DNA of 64,000 bases from a virus (IMGVR_UViG_3300018080_000139:31868-95867), one strand, 5' to 3'; positions 1 to 9,356 are shown, numbered from the stretch's first letter. Notes: generated by a model not told the origin, from the sequence alone. Numbers and translations: made by a program.

Positions 1-3000
1 ATTCGGGATAAAGAGAGTCGCGGCGGTTATCTGGCCATTTTCGCGTCCGGGGCAACCTCACAGATCACGCGGCACACACCCAAACAAAATTTCGTTTCCC
101 TGAAAGACGGAACCCCGTTCAACTGGGGTTTCCCGCCGGAGGAAAAGAAGGCTCCGGCGTCGAAGGTTGTCTTGACTCCGGAGGGCAAAAGCCTGTCAGG
201 GGAAGTCCAGGACTTTCTTCAGAAAATCGACGAAAAGCAGAAAGTAGCTCTCTTGGTCGCCGCAATCCCAGAAATTTGGAGTAAAGCGAACGCTCGGGAC
301 TACAAAGAGGCAGTTTATCTCGAGGCTACCGGGGGAGACGATGAGGACTACTGGAGGCAGATAAGCAGGCTCGAGGAGCTGGGGGGGACCGATTCGCATG
401 GCGTGGTGACGGAATTCGGGGCCGAGGTGGTCAAAGGCATCACCGGCGGGAGGAGCCCGATTGAATTTCTACATTACAACAAGGGGGTAACGTGGCGGGT
501 GTCTCACTATTTCTACGGCGAGACCTTGCCTCCCCGGCTGGGCCCTGCGATTTTGGCGATCCTGCTTTCTCGCAGCAGTCCGCGCGACGAGTTCCAAAAA
601 ATGAAGTGGAGCATCGAGTGGGTGGAGTACGGGAACAAGTACTTGCGTGAGCAAAACCTCCTGGACTCCTCCAACAAATTGACTAAAGAGGGGATGTTTA
701 CGGCCTACGAGATTTTCGCCTCCGCGGGGACCAGCAAACTTTCGGAAATTCTTGCGAGGCTCGACCGGCAACTGCGTTTGGACTCAAAGCCAGGGCACGA
801 TTACGCCGTCGAAGTGGCGGCCCCTCCGGGGTCTTTCGAGATGGGCATGGGAAAAATGAAGCTTCGTAAGGGTTTCTCTTCCCCCGTTTCCGTAATGCGA
901 AAAAAAGAAGGGGAACTCCCCTTGCCGAAGGAACTGGAAGGGTTCAAGTTGTCCGGCAAGCTTGCAAGCGTGCCAAAGCTTGTGGCTCAGATGTTCCGAA
1001 TAAAGAGACCACTCAAGAAACGGAAAGAGATCTATGAGAAGCTGCATGTAATCTTGCGTGAGGAACTGGAAGACCGGCTCAACGACGCCGGTGTGCATTC
1101 GGCCTATTACGCCGGCGGGAAGATGTCCGATTACCGGGGTGGGGTTTACAGTGGGCTCCTCCGCGTCCTGACTCGTAAGGATGCGCTGGGAAAGCCGGAG
1201 ACCGAAAAAGATATATTGATGAATGCGCGTTCCGTGCTGTGGAGTGCGGAAAAGGCCCAAGCCATGGTGGACGATCTTATCGCAAAGTACGGCAAGAAAC
1301 AAAAGGAAGGCCTGGAGAGCATTTTGCCGCACGAGGAGCCGAAGTCCGTACCTCTCGCCGATGTCTTGAAGGCCTCGTACCTCAAGATAGTTGCCGGCCA
1401 ACCGTACTCGGCCGCGGTCTACCTGTCCGAACTGTTCCGGGAGGCCCGCAAGCTTAACGCTACCTTGTCCGTGGAAGAGTTCAAAAAAACAATCGAGGAC
1501 CTGGAAAAGCAGGTCGTAATCGACGCCGTTCCGGTGAACGATCGGACGATGGTGAAAAGTGGCGAGTACGCGATCACGCAGGCCGACGGAGGCATCATAG
1601 ACTTTATCATGTGGCGGGAGACAGCGCAAAAGCGGGCGCAAAAGTCTTCGGTTCCCCCGCAGACATCGAAAGAGCCGGAGCTTTCCAGGGAAGAACAGGT
1701 TGCCTTGCTCGTGCTGACGCTGAAGGCCTTAAATCCCATCCAAAAGAAGGAGAAGGCCTACCTGTACGGGCTTCCTCACGGCAAGTTCGAAGACACCCTT
1801 CTCTCTCTCAGGGAAAAGGGGTATGTCGCCCAGGGGACGAGCGCGAATACGGCCGGAAAAGACCGCGCCACAGCGATCGCGAAGGAACTCAAGGCGAAGG
1901 ACGCTATAGGCGCCCTCGAAAAGATCTCGGAGGCGCGACCGGACCTCTCTCCGACGGCCGCGGCCGTTTCTGCAATCGGCGCGCCTTCGCCAAAACTGGC
2001 GTCCGTGGGCAGCCTCTCGTGGGAGGAGAAAGTTGCGCTCCTGCTTATCTACTCGACGAAGGGGAGCGCGCGGCCCGGCGCTGGGGAGCGCATGGCCGGA
2101 CTCAAACGAGATGCCTTCTTTGCCGCTGAGAAGACTCTCATCGACAAAGGCTTTGCCCAGGCGGCTCCCGGGGAAAAATCGGCCCTCATGACCGAAGAAG
2201 GCGTCAAGGCCGTAGAGCGTATGATCGCCGATTCCGGGCTGCAATACGCCGAACAGCTCATCAAGCAGATGTCCCGAAAGGATGAGGGCCTGGAGTTCTC
2301 CCGGCGGAGCTATTCGGATCCGGAAGCCTTTCCCACATTGCACCGGCTTTACATCGAGGAAGCCGAAAAGCAACCCATGATGGCGGGAAATCTTACTATC
2401 TCAGAACTTTACGATGGCATGGTTGCCAAGGGCTTTTCGAATGACGTCGAAAAGTTTAAATCGGCTTTGCTCGGATGGATGAAGGAGCGAAAACTCACAC
2501 TCTGGGTGGTCGACTCTCCCCGCCTCGAGCCGAGATCGAAGACGGATGGCATACCCAGTGATCGGGGCCTTTTGTATTTTGTTCGGATGCCGCGCGAAGG
2601 CACCCCTGGCGCGCCGGCGCCGGCGCCATCGGCACCCACAAGTCAACCGACGGACCCCGACGCAAGCAAGCCTTCAGTTTCCGCAGCAAAGAAGAAGTAC
2701 ACTTTGGATTTCGATAAGGCCGGCGATAAACGGAAGAGTTTTCCATATGTTGCACGTCTGTTCCTCGACGACCGCGGGGCGGTGAAGCGGGACTTCAAGG
2801 ACCTCAATCGAGAGTATTTGGGAAAATATGATGTCCGCGTGTACGGTAGGTACACCGTGGAAGAGGGGGAGGTGCTGGAAATCCAAGAAGGGGAGGGATC
2901 GTGGAGAGATAAGGACCGGCATATTTACATCGTATTGGCCGGCGAAGAGCGTTACGTGGGGAAGGCGACAGACGTTAAAGTACATCGTCAGATCACAGAA

Positions 3001-3090
3001 TATTTGGGCGGCAAGATAGAAGTGGAAGATATTGCGTTTAAGAGGCCTCTTATACAACCACCACAGGAGGACCCCAGATTGGAAGATTAG
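1..3090 (+). CDS. Large multidomain protein with repeated winged-helix-like modules (5' truncated)
   Basis: Frame is open from base 1; repeated KVALL...L..KG...(L/M)TxxG modules and two xSEL(F/Y)...FK modules. Confidence 0.8.
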   Translation: MRDKESRGGYLAIFASGATSQITRHTPKQNFVSLKDGTPFNWGFPPEEKKAPASKVVLTPEGKSLSGEVQDFLQKIDEKQKVALLVAAIPEIWSKANARDYKEAVYLEATGGDDEDYWRQISRLEELGGTDSHGVVTEFGAEVVKGITGGRSPIEFLHYNKGVTWRVSHYFYGETLPPRLGPAILAILLSRSSPRDEFQKMKWSIEWVEYGNKYLREQNLLDSSNKLTKEGMFTAYEIFASAGTSKLSEILARLDRQLRLDSKPGHDYAVEVAAPPGSFEMGMGKMKLRKGFSSPVSVMRKKEGELPLPKELEGFKLSGKLASVPKLVAQMFRIKRPLKKRKEIYEKLHVILREELEDRLNDAGVHSAYYAGGKMSDYRGGVYSGLLRVLTRKDALGKPETEKDILMNARSVLWSAEKAQAMVDDLIAKYGKKQKEGLESILPHEEPKSVPLADVLKASYLKIVAGQPYSAAVYLSELFREARKLNATLSVEEFKKTIEDLEKQVVIDAVPVNDRTMVKSGEYAITQADGGIIDFIMWRETAQKRAQKSSVPPQTSKEPELSREEQVALLVLTLKALNPIQKKEKAYLYGLPHGKFEDTLLSLREKGYVAQGTSANTAGKDRATAIAKELKAKDAIGALEKISEARPDLSPTAAAVSAIGAPSPKLASVGSLSWEEKVALLLIYSTKGSARPGAGERMAGLKRDAFFAAEKTLIDKGFAQAAPGEKSALMTEEGVKAVERMIADSGLQYAEQLIKQMSRKDEGLEFSRRSYSDPEAFPTLHRLYIEEAEKQPMMAGNLTISELYDGMVAKGFSNDVEKFKSALLGWMKERKLTLWVVDSPRLEPRSKTDGIPSDRGLLYFVRMPREGTPGAPAPAPSAPTSQPTDPDASKPSVSAAKKKYTLDFDKAGDKRKSFPYVARLFLDDRGAVKRDFKDLNREYLGKYDVRVYGRYTVEEGEVLEIQEGEGSWRDKDRHIYIVLAGEERYVGKATDVKVHRQITEYLGGKIEVEDIAFKRPLIQPPQEDPRLED

Positions 3091-3350
3091 AAGCGGACAT
3101 CCGTGACTATTACACCAAAACTTATTGGGGACACAACGGCCAGCTGCGATTGAGTGAGTTGTGGCCTCATCTGGAAAGTTTGGGATACACACGAGAGTGG
3201 GCTAAACCGAAGGTGCTGGAGCTGAAGAACTCGGGGAAGCTTAGACTACGGGCTGCTATCAATATGTCAGGGCTGCAAGAAGCGGACATCATTCGGGAGC
3301 GTAACGAGATCTATTTTGCTCTGCAAATCCCGGATCTTATGGATTTCTAA
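3078..3350 (+). CDS. Single winged-helix-like domain, paralog of the C-terminus of 3367-4164; start uncertain
   Basis: ADIRDYYTKTY...IYFALQIPDL matches GDIRDFYSRTY...IYFALQIPDL; similarity begins upstream of the TTG at 3150. Confidence 0.7.
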   Translation: MGRLEADIRDYYTKTYWGHNGQLRLSELWPHLESLGYTREWAKPKVLELKNSGKLRLRAAINMSGLQEADIIRERNEIYFALQIPDLMDF

Positions 3351-3366
3351 GCAGAGGGAAGTTAGC

Positions 3367-4164
3367 ATGGAAGATTTGAAGAAGTTTTTCGAGGCCGAAC
3401 TGAGTTTAGACTTGCCTGGCTTTGCTCGACGCCGAAAAGAGTTTTGGGCCCGGATACGCAATGCTTGGGAGTCCTTCCCCTCCTTGGGCAGGGAAACCAT
3501 CAAAAAGATCGAGGATGAAACTAGAAAATTTGCGGACAAGGAAAAACATCCCGCGGCTAAAATAGCGGCGAAGATAGCTGGAATACGGGCTATACAAGGG
3601 CTGTGGGACATCGACGGCGGAGACGCTTGGCGGAAGCATCGAATCGAAAAATACAACCCCGTCGGGAGAGCGGAGATTTTGATTAGAAAAGAAGCGGGGA
3701 GCATACTGAGGGACGTTTTCGAGCTTGTCTACAACACACCACATCCAACTGGGAGCCGGGAGGCTATAGCATATAAAATCCCGCGTGACGCTCAGAAGGT
3801 AAAGCCTCTTTATCCAAAGTTCAGGACGGATTTCGTGGAACCAAAACCGCCAGGGCGCTCTCCCTCCTCGCCAACCCCTCGACCGAATAAACCTGCCTTG
3901 GATTTTGTTGGGGACATCCGGGACTTTTACTCACGGACTTACCGGGATCACCGAGGGCTAATGCTGCTATCCCAGGCTTTGGATTACGCCGAGAGGCGTT
4001 TAAAGCTTAATCGCGGCGACGCTAAAAAGTTGCTTCTGCAGTACACCAACCAAGGCAAGTTTCGCCTGGTAAAGGCGTTTGAGATTACCGGACTACAAGA
4101 AAAAGATGTGATCCGCGAGGGAGGCAAGATTTACTTCGCGCTCCAGATTCCGGACTTGCGGTAG
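3367..4164 (+). CDS. Hypothetical protein with C-terminal winged-helix-like domain
   Basis: ATG 3367 after GAGGGA; Pro-rich linker then paralogous domain. Confidence 0.8.
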   Translation: MEDLKKFFEAELSLDLPGFARRRKEFWARIRNAWESFPSLGRETIKKIEDETRKFADKEKHPAAKIAAKIAGIRAIQGLWDIDGGDAWRKHRIEKYNPVGRAEILIRKEAGSILRDVFELVYNTPHPTGSREAIAYKIPRDAQKVKPLYPKFRTDFVEPKPPGRSPSSPTPRPNKPALDFVGDIRDFYSRTYRDHRGLMLLSQALDYAERRLKLNRGDAKKLLLQYTNQGKFRLVKAFEITGLQEKDVIREGGKIYFALQIPDLR

Positions 4165-4172
4165 GAGGACTT

Positions 4173-4556
4173 ATGGAACCTGACATAAAGACGCTGAAAA
4201 AACTGGTGGAGGACTTCGACACCCTGTTTTCGTTTTTCACGCCACTTGCTCCGCAAAAGGCCGGGTCCTACATGCTTCAACTCAAGACGGCCGTCGGAGA
4301 GCCGGAGATGAAGCGGGCCTTGGACTATTACGCGCAGAAGTTCTCCTCCCCTTCTTCAGAAGAAATTCGTGACGCAGCCGAGAACGTCCGGACGTCGCTT
4401 GCTGTTCTCAACAAGCGCCTGGACCGGGCTTTCGACATCGTTTCTTCCAGGGCCTACGAGCGGGAGTACGAGGCCCGATATGGGGAGCCGCCGGCGGACG
4501 CTCGCTTCTCGAAAAAAATAAGAGAGGCTATTGACAGACTGACTTGTAGGGGATAG
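4173..4556 (+). CDS. Hypothetical protein
   Basis: AGGAGG RBS, tight packing. Confidence 0.75.
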   Translation: MEPDIKTLKKLVEDFDTLFSFFTPLAPQKAGSYMLQLKTAVGEPEMKRALDYYAQKFSSPSSEEIRDAAENVRTSLAVLNKRLDRAFDIVSSRAYEREYEARYGEPPADARFSKKIREAIDRLTCRG

Positions 4557-4560
4557 ACTT

Positions 4561-5070
4561 ATGATGGAAGACTTTAAACCGATCTTTTTCGAAAGCGCGC
4601 GCCGAAGTCTGACGGAAGACTACAAAGCCGAGAATACCAAGAATTTCGGGCGTGTGATGAACCTCGGCGCGAGCTTGGCGGCCGATTTTCGGGGGATCGC
4701 AAACTTACCAGAGGTGGCCGCCGAAGACAAAGGAGACTATCTGCAGGCCGCGGAAAAGCTGAAGCGTGTGGCGGCCGCGGAAAGCGAGTTTATCTTGGCA
4801 TTGGAGAGGCTGATGGAGGTTCACGGGATTCTTGTGGAAGAAGAAGACGACTTGTTTCGCTTTTCGAACCCGATAAAGAAGGCTTTCGGTTATGGTGGAA
4901 AAGACGAGCGCCCGGTTTTTTTCCCCAAACGTAAGAAAATTCTCGAGCGCATACGTAAAGGCCGCGACAGGATGATGGCGGCTTTTGTGCAGGGTGTGAG
5001 GTCGTGGGCAAAAGAAAAATACGACAGGTATGAGGACCTCCGCCCGGCCCCCCCTGGAGGATGGAGATGA
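4561..5070 (+). CDS. Hypothetical protein
   Basis: Operon packing, helical charged sequence. Confidence 0.75.
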   Translation: MMEDFKPIFFESARRSLTEDYKAENTKNFGRVMNLGASLAADFRGIANLPEVAAEDKGDYLQAAEKLKRVAAAESEFILALERLMEVHGILVEEEDDLFRFSNPIKKAFGYGGKDERPVFFPKRKKILERIRKGRDRMMAAFVQGVRSWAKEKYDRYEDLRPAPPGGWR

Positions 5071-5095
5071 CACGGGAAGCTTTTCCGCGGCGGTG

Positions 5096-5962
5096 ATGGA
5101 GCCAGCCCCTCTCGTTTTCAGTGGTGGTGGCTCGAAAGTGCCAATCCATGTCGGAGCGCTGCAGGCGGTCGAAGACGTTGGAGTTGAAGTCTCCTCCTAC
5201 TTGGGGACATCGGCCGGCGCGATCGTGGCCGCCCTGGCGGCCGACGGGATGAAAGCGCGGGAAATGTGGTCTCTTGTTCGTACTCTCGACTTTTCGAAGT
5301 TTGTGAAGAGGACCTGGCCGGAAGTGGTCGCTAATTTTTTCTTCGGCCGCGGTCTCGTGTCCGGAGCGTATCGCCATGATTTTTTTCGGGAGTTGTTCGG
5401 CATCAAGACTATGGCGGACTTGCGAAATCTTAAGGTTTTCGGGCATTCGCTGGCGCGGCGGCGATGGGTGGAAATCTCGGCGACCTCGTACCCGGGGATG
5501 CCGGTTGCCTTGGCTTTGCAGATTTCCACGGCAATTCCGATCCTGTTCAGCCCCGTTGGCATTGGCAAGGTCTCTCGGAAGACAAAGCGGGAATTCGACC
5601 GGGATTGGCTGGTTGATGGAGGGGTCTCCAAGAATTTTCCGGTCGATCGCGCTGGCCGTCGCTTTGTCGGTCATCTGATAGACTCACCGGAAGGCCCGGA
5701 TTGGCAGGACATCTCTGTGCGCTCACTATTTCGCGAGACGTTTTCTCAGCTTGTGGGCGCCAACGCCGAGGAGTCTATCCGTAACGCCAGCCCGAATGGG
5801 CTCGTTGTCCGCTCGACTTATCGAAAATCCGTAACCGATTTTTCGGTGAGCGCGCAGGAAAAAGAAAATATGTTTGATCTCGGTTACGCCGGGATGTCTG
5901 AAAGCTTGAAAATATGGCTCAAGGAGGAGTGTTATGATAAAAGGCCCGCAGAAGCCCGGTGA
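5096..5962 (+). CDS. Patatin-like phospholipase
   Basis: FSGGGSK oxyanion loop, GTSAG nucleophile elbow, DGG catalytic Asp; start could be as early as 5030. Confidence 0.92.
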   Translation: MEPAPLVFSGGGSKVPIHVGALQAVEDVGVEVSSYLGTSAGAIVAALAADGMKAREMWSLVRTLDFSKFVKRTWPEVVANFFFGRGLVSGAYRHDFFRELFGIKTMADLRNLKVFGHSLARRRWVEISATSYPGMPVALALQISTAIPILFSPVGIGKVSRKTKREFDRDWLVDGGVSKNFPVDRAGRRFVGHLIDSPEGPDWQDISVRSLFRETFSQLVGANAEESIRNASPNGLVVRSTYRKSVTDFSVSAQEKENMFDLGYAGMSESLKIWLKEECYDKRPAEAR

Positions 5963-6311
5963 CGCCCCGGTCAAAGCGCCGGCGGAAGACAGCGACGTCA
6001 AGCGAGACGGGAACCGCTTCATCGACGCGATTTTGGCCGCCATGCAAAAGCAGGTGGATGAAGACCTCGCTTCGATACGCGAGGAGATGAACGAGATGCG
6101 GAAGCAATTCGAGGATTTGAAGTCAGAGAACGCGACGAAGCGGACGGAGCTGCTCAAGCAAGTGGACGAGAAGAACGCGGCTGCGCGAAAAGACGTCGAC
6201 GACTCGATGGCACAGTATCAAACCTCGATAGACAACAGCGTTCAGGCCGTCGCGAATCTCGAGCGACGGCTGACAGGGCTGAAAGTGAGTCTCGAAGTCC
6301 CCTCGGCGTAA
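5934..6311 (+). CDS. Coiled-coil protein
   Basis: AAGGAGGAG RBS; heptad-rich charged sequence. Confidence 0.75.
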   Translation: MIKGPQKPGDAPVKAPAEDSDVKRDGNRFIDAILAAMQKQVDEDLASIREEMNEMRKQFEDLKSENATKRTELLKQVDEKNAAARKDVDDSMAQYQTSIDNSVQAVANLERRLTGLKVSLEVPSA

Positions 6312-6332
6312 AAGCAGTGAAGGAGGTTTGCC

Positions 6333-6776
6333 ATGGAGAACGGCGGAAACAAAGAGCCGGACAGCCAAATAAAAAGCCTGGAAGACTTGAAATCTGGAGT
6401 GGATGACGACCTTCCTAAGGGGGATCCAGACACTTACGTTCGTGAGTATCAAACGAAGACGCGAGAGGGACGCTGGACAACGCTTATCGAGACCGCGCGA
6501 GAGGGTGTGAAGATCACGAAGCGGATAAGCCGAACGCTCGACGAAATAAGCTCACGGCTTGAGTTCATGTCGGACCTGGGGGTTCTTCTGTGCGCCGTAA
6601 TGCTGGGGGCAAAGATCGTCACTCTCGGGATGGAGACAGTCACCGGCTGGACCGACGTCCTGTTCGCGCTGACTTGTACAATTATGTGGATGAACAACGG
6701 CGCGCGCCTTCCAAAATCCAAGACGGCCGTGGTCGCGAAGAAGATCAAGGACACCTTCACGAACTTGCAGGATTAG
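6333..6776 (+). CDS. Two-transmembrane protein (holin-like candidate)
   Basis: Two hydrophobic segments LGVLLCAVMLGAKIVTLG and VLFALTCTIMW, basic C-terminal tail. Confidence 0.65.
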   Translation: MENGGNKEPDSQIKSLEDLKSGVDDDLPKGDPDTYVREYQTKTREGRWTTLIETAREGVKITKRISRTLDEISSRLEFMSDLGVLLCAVMLGAKIVTLGMETVTGWTDVLFALTCTIMWMNNGARLPKSKTAVVAKKIKDTFTNLQD

Positions 6777-6789
6777 GATTGAGGTGGAA

Positions 6790-8304
6790 ATGCCCGAATT
6801 ATTATATCTCGACAAGTACGGGGAGAAGAAGACTCTCGAAGTCAAGGAGCGTGCGACAATCGGCACTTTCGACGACTGCGATGTGTGCTTGTCTTCCTCA
6901 GCGCTCGACGAAAGGCATGTTCTGATTTTCAGCGCGGAGTGTGGCTGGGAGGACGAATTTTCCGAGGCGGACGCCGGCAAGTACTTCGTGAAAAACGTGG
7001 GGTCCCGCCCTGTTTTCGTCCACCATGTAATCCGGAGAGCTAGCGAAGTGCTGGAGCCTGGAGCGAGATCAGGCCTGTCCGCAAAAGTTTCCATTTCGGT
7101 TGGGACTGCACGCGAGGGAGACCAGGTTACGGTCGTGTGGATGAATGCCGAAGCGGAATACGCCGACGAAGATTACCGGATTGTCCGGCTGAAAGCCAGC
7201 AGTGGAAAAGACGAGCTTCTCGATCTCGAGGTGCGAAGGCATCTCGAAAATTACTATCTGCGCTTGCGAGGGGTGGCCGCGAAGCCTGGGGATGTCGCGC
7301 GGGCGACGGCTCTTTTTCTGCGAGAGTCTTTCGACGTGTCCATGGCCGCCATCTATCGCCGGACCGGGCCGAAATGGAAGTCCGCGGCCGTGTCCCGGAG
7401 GCTGAAGAGCGATGAGTACGTACCGTCGACGACGATTTTCCGTCGGGCCATCGAGGAAAAGACGCCACTCCTCGTTCGTTTCGAAGACGGCGTGGTAAAA
7501 ATCGACGAAGAGGCCTCGACACCTTCGCTTTCCGTTGTGGCGTCGCCGGCAAAGCGCGCCGTACTAATCCCTCTCTTTCAGGGGGATAGCGTTTTCGGAA
7601 TGCTGTACTTGGACACGCGCGACGAGACCATCTTGACACAAAAGGACTATGACGTTCTGGTCCGGATGGTTCACCGCGGGGGGGTGGGAGCCGTTCTCGC
7701 CGGCTATCTCGCCGAGGACGCGGAGGCGAAGCAGTTTTTGCTTTTTCGGGATTCTCCACCGCGTGGTGAATACTGGCGTTACGTTTTCGCGGCGGAGAGG
7801 GCGCCTTACCCCCTTACGGGAGTTAAGGTTGACAAGGACCGCGGGATTATGCGCTTTCTTTTCGGACACGTTTCCGATAAGCTCTCTACGGTCTGCCGGG
7901 TCAAGAGCTTTTGCGCGGGGGCGATGGCCGCCGGCGTCGAGGATTTGCTCACCATCGCCACCAGGTACTCGGTTTCGATCGACGACTCCGTCGATCTGCT
8001 TAAAGCTGGGCTGTCGCACATAACAGTGGCTTTCCCGGATGAGGGGGATATACTCGACGACACGGACGCCGAGACGCGGACCGTTCGCGTCGGCCTTTTC
8101 GGGGACGTGTATGCCTACATGCGGAAAGACGGTAAGGTGTATGAGTTTCGAGACGACGAGGAAGGCTACAGGGATTTCGAATTCGCCGTCGGGGACTACT
8201 TGGTGATTTCTCTTCGCCGCATTCCCGATAGATTTCTCACCGATCGAGTCCGAGAGCTGAAAAAGCACAGTCGCGACTTCTTTTTGCTCGCAAGGGAGAG
8301 ATGA
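6790..8304 (+). CDS. FHA-GAF-degenerate PP2C/SpoIIE-like signalling protein
   Basis: N-terminal IGT..DCDVCL...ERH (FHA-like); STTIFRRAI...IPLF...GMLYLDT...DYDVL (GAF); C-terminal FGHVSDK and GDYLVI resemble SpoIIE motifs. Confidence 0.75.
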   Translation: MPELLYLDKYGEKKTLEVKERATIGTFDDCDVCLSSSALDERHVLIFSAECGWEDEFSEADAGKYFVKNVGSRPVFVHHVIRRASEVLEPGARSGLSAKVSISVGTAREGDQVTVVWMNAEAEYADEDYRIVRLKASSGKDELLDLEVRRHLENYYLRLRGVAAKPGDVARATALFLRESFDVSMAAIYRRTGPKWKSAAVSRRLKSDEYVPSTTIFRRAIEEKTPLLVRFEDGVVKIDEEASTPSLSVVASPAKRAVLIPLFQGDSVFGMLYLDTRDETILTQKDYDVLVRMVHRGGVGAVLAGYLAEDAEAKQFLLFRDSPPRGEYWRYVFAAERAPYPLTGVKVDKDRGIMRFLFGHVSDKLSTVCRVKSFCAGAMAAGVEDLLTIATRYSVSIDDSVDLLKAGLSHITVAFPDEGDILDDTDAETRTVRVGLFGDVYAYMRKDGKVYEFRDDEEGYRDFEFAVGDYLVISLRRIPDRFLTDRVRELKKHSRDFFLLARER

Positions 8305-9356
8305 TGCAGCCTACGCAGCAACCGGCTTTAGACGAGTTTCTGTCGACGGTAGACGCGATTGCTGGAGGAGACCACTCCCCGGACACGCTGCAAAAGATGT
8401 GCGTTCTGTGTTCGCCTGACTATGAGCCCACGCGCGAAGACAAGGTTCGATTGGGTGGCGAAGCGATTGTCCTAAAAGTATCAAATACTGTGCTTGATCG
8501 CGCAGAAGTATTAAAAATACCCCGACGCGCACTGGTCGAGAATAAGAGGCTTCTGGCACGGTATTTTCGGGGAATGCAACTGCAAAGCCGTGTCCACCGC
8601 TACGTTCGCGCCGGAGTCCCAGAAGTGTACGCAGCACGATATAATGCCCCGTTTGTCAGCATGGAGTGGATTCGCGGGCTGGCACTACTCCGCTTCCTCG
8701 AGCAAGCGGGCCAGCGAGAGTCCGCCCGGTTTTTTGTTAGCATCTTGGACTTGGTAGCCAGCCTGCATGATCGAATGGTGATTCATCGGGATCTTACACC
8801 CTCTAATATACTCGTGGGGGTGGATCCTGTAACGGAAGCTCTTTGCCCTTACCTTTTGGATTTCGGCCTCGCAAAGCGCGTGCAAGGCGAATCAACGCTT
8901 ACGGGAATTGGAGCAAAGCTGGGGACGAACGGCTGGGCGAGTCCGGACCAGCTCGATGATGCCGCGCGTGCTGATTTCCTGGACGACGTGTACACGGCGG
9001 GGCGTTTGCTCTACGTGATGGCTACTTATGCCACGACAAAAGCCTGTCCGCGGAAAGATCGCGATTATGACGAGCGGCTTTTACCTGGGGAGTGGCTTCC
9101 AATTTTTCAGGCGGCGACCGCTCCACGAGAGGCTCGCTACCAATCTATCAGGGAGCTTCGGGCTGCCGTCGCTCGTGTCGTGGGGATCGAGGACGTAAGT
9201 ATTGTTAGGGTGCCCGACCCCATTTCGGTTTTCTCAGAAGATCTACGGTCGACCAGAAAGATTCGGAAAGTTTCGCCCCCTCCCGAGAGTACGGAAGGGG
9301 ATGACCTCGTAGACCTTTTCGTAAAAGCGGTAAGGTCTGCAATTTATAACTCGTAG
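8301..9356 (+). CDS. Hanks-type Ser/Thr protein kinase
   Basis: VLKIP, MEWI, HRDLTPSNIL, DFGLAK, GTNGWASPDQ, DVYTAG. Confidence 0.93.
   Translation: MMQPTQQPALDEFLSTVDAIAGGDHSPDTLQKMCVLCSPDYEPTREDKVRLGGEAIVLKVSNTVLDRAEVLKIPRRALVENKRLLARYFRGMQLQSRVHRYVRAGVPEVYAARYNAPFVSMEWIRGLALLRFLEQAGQRESARFFVSILDLVASLHDRMVIHRDLTPSNILVGVDPVTEALCPYLLDFGLAKRVQGESTLTGIGAKLGTNGWASPDQLDDAARADFLDDVYTAGRLLYVMATYATTKACPRKDRDYDERLLPGEWLPIFQAATAPREARYQSIRELRAAVARVVGIEDVSIVRVPDPISVFSEDLRSTRKIRKVSPPPESTEGDDLVDLFVKAVRSAIYNS

Noticed and set aside
3088-3090. TAG stop-codon reassignment
   Set aside because: The downstream domain is in a different frame, and conserved genes are uninterrupted in the standard code
5096-6776. 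CBASS-like defence operon (patatin + 2-TM effector)
   Set aside because: No CD-NTase or Cap2/3/7/8-like gene visible
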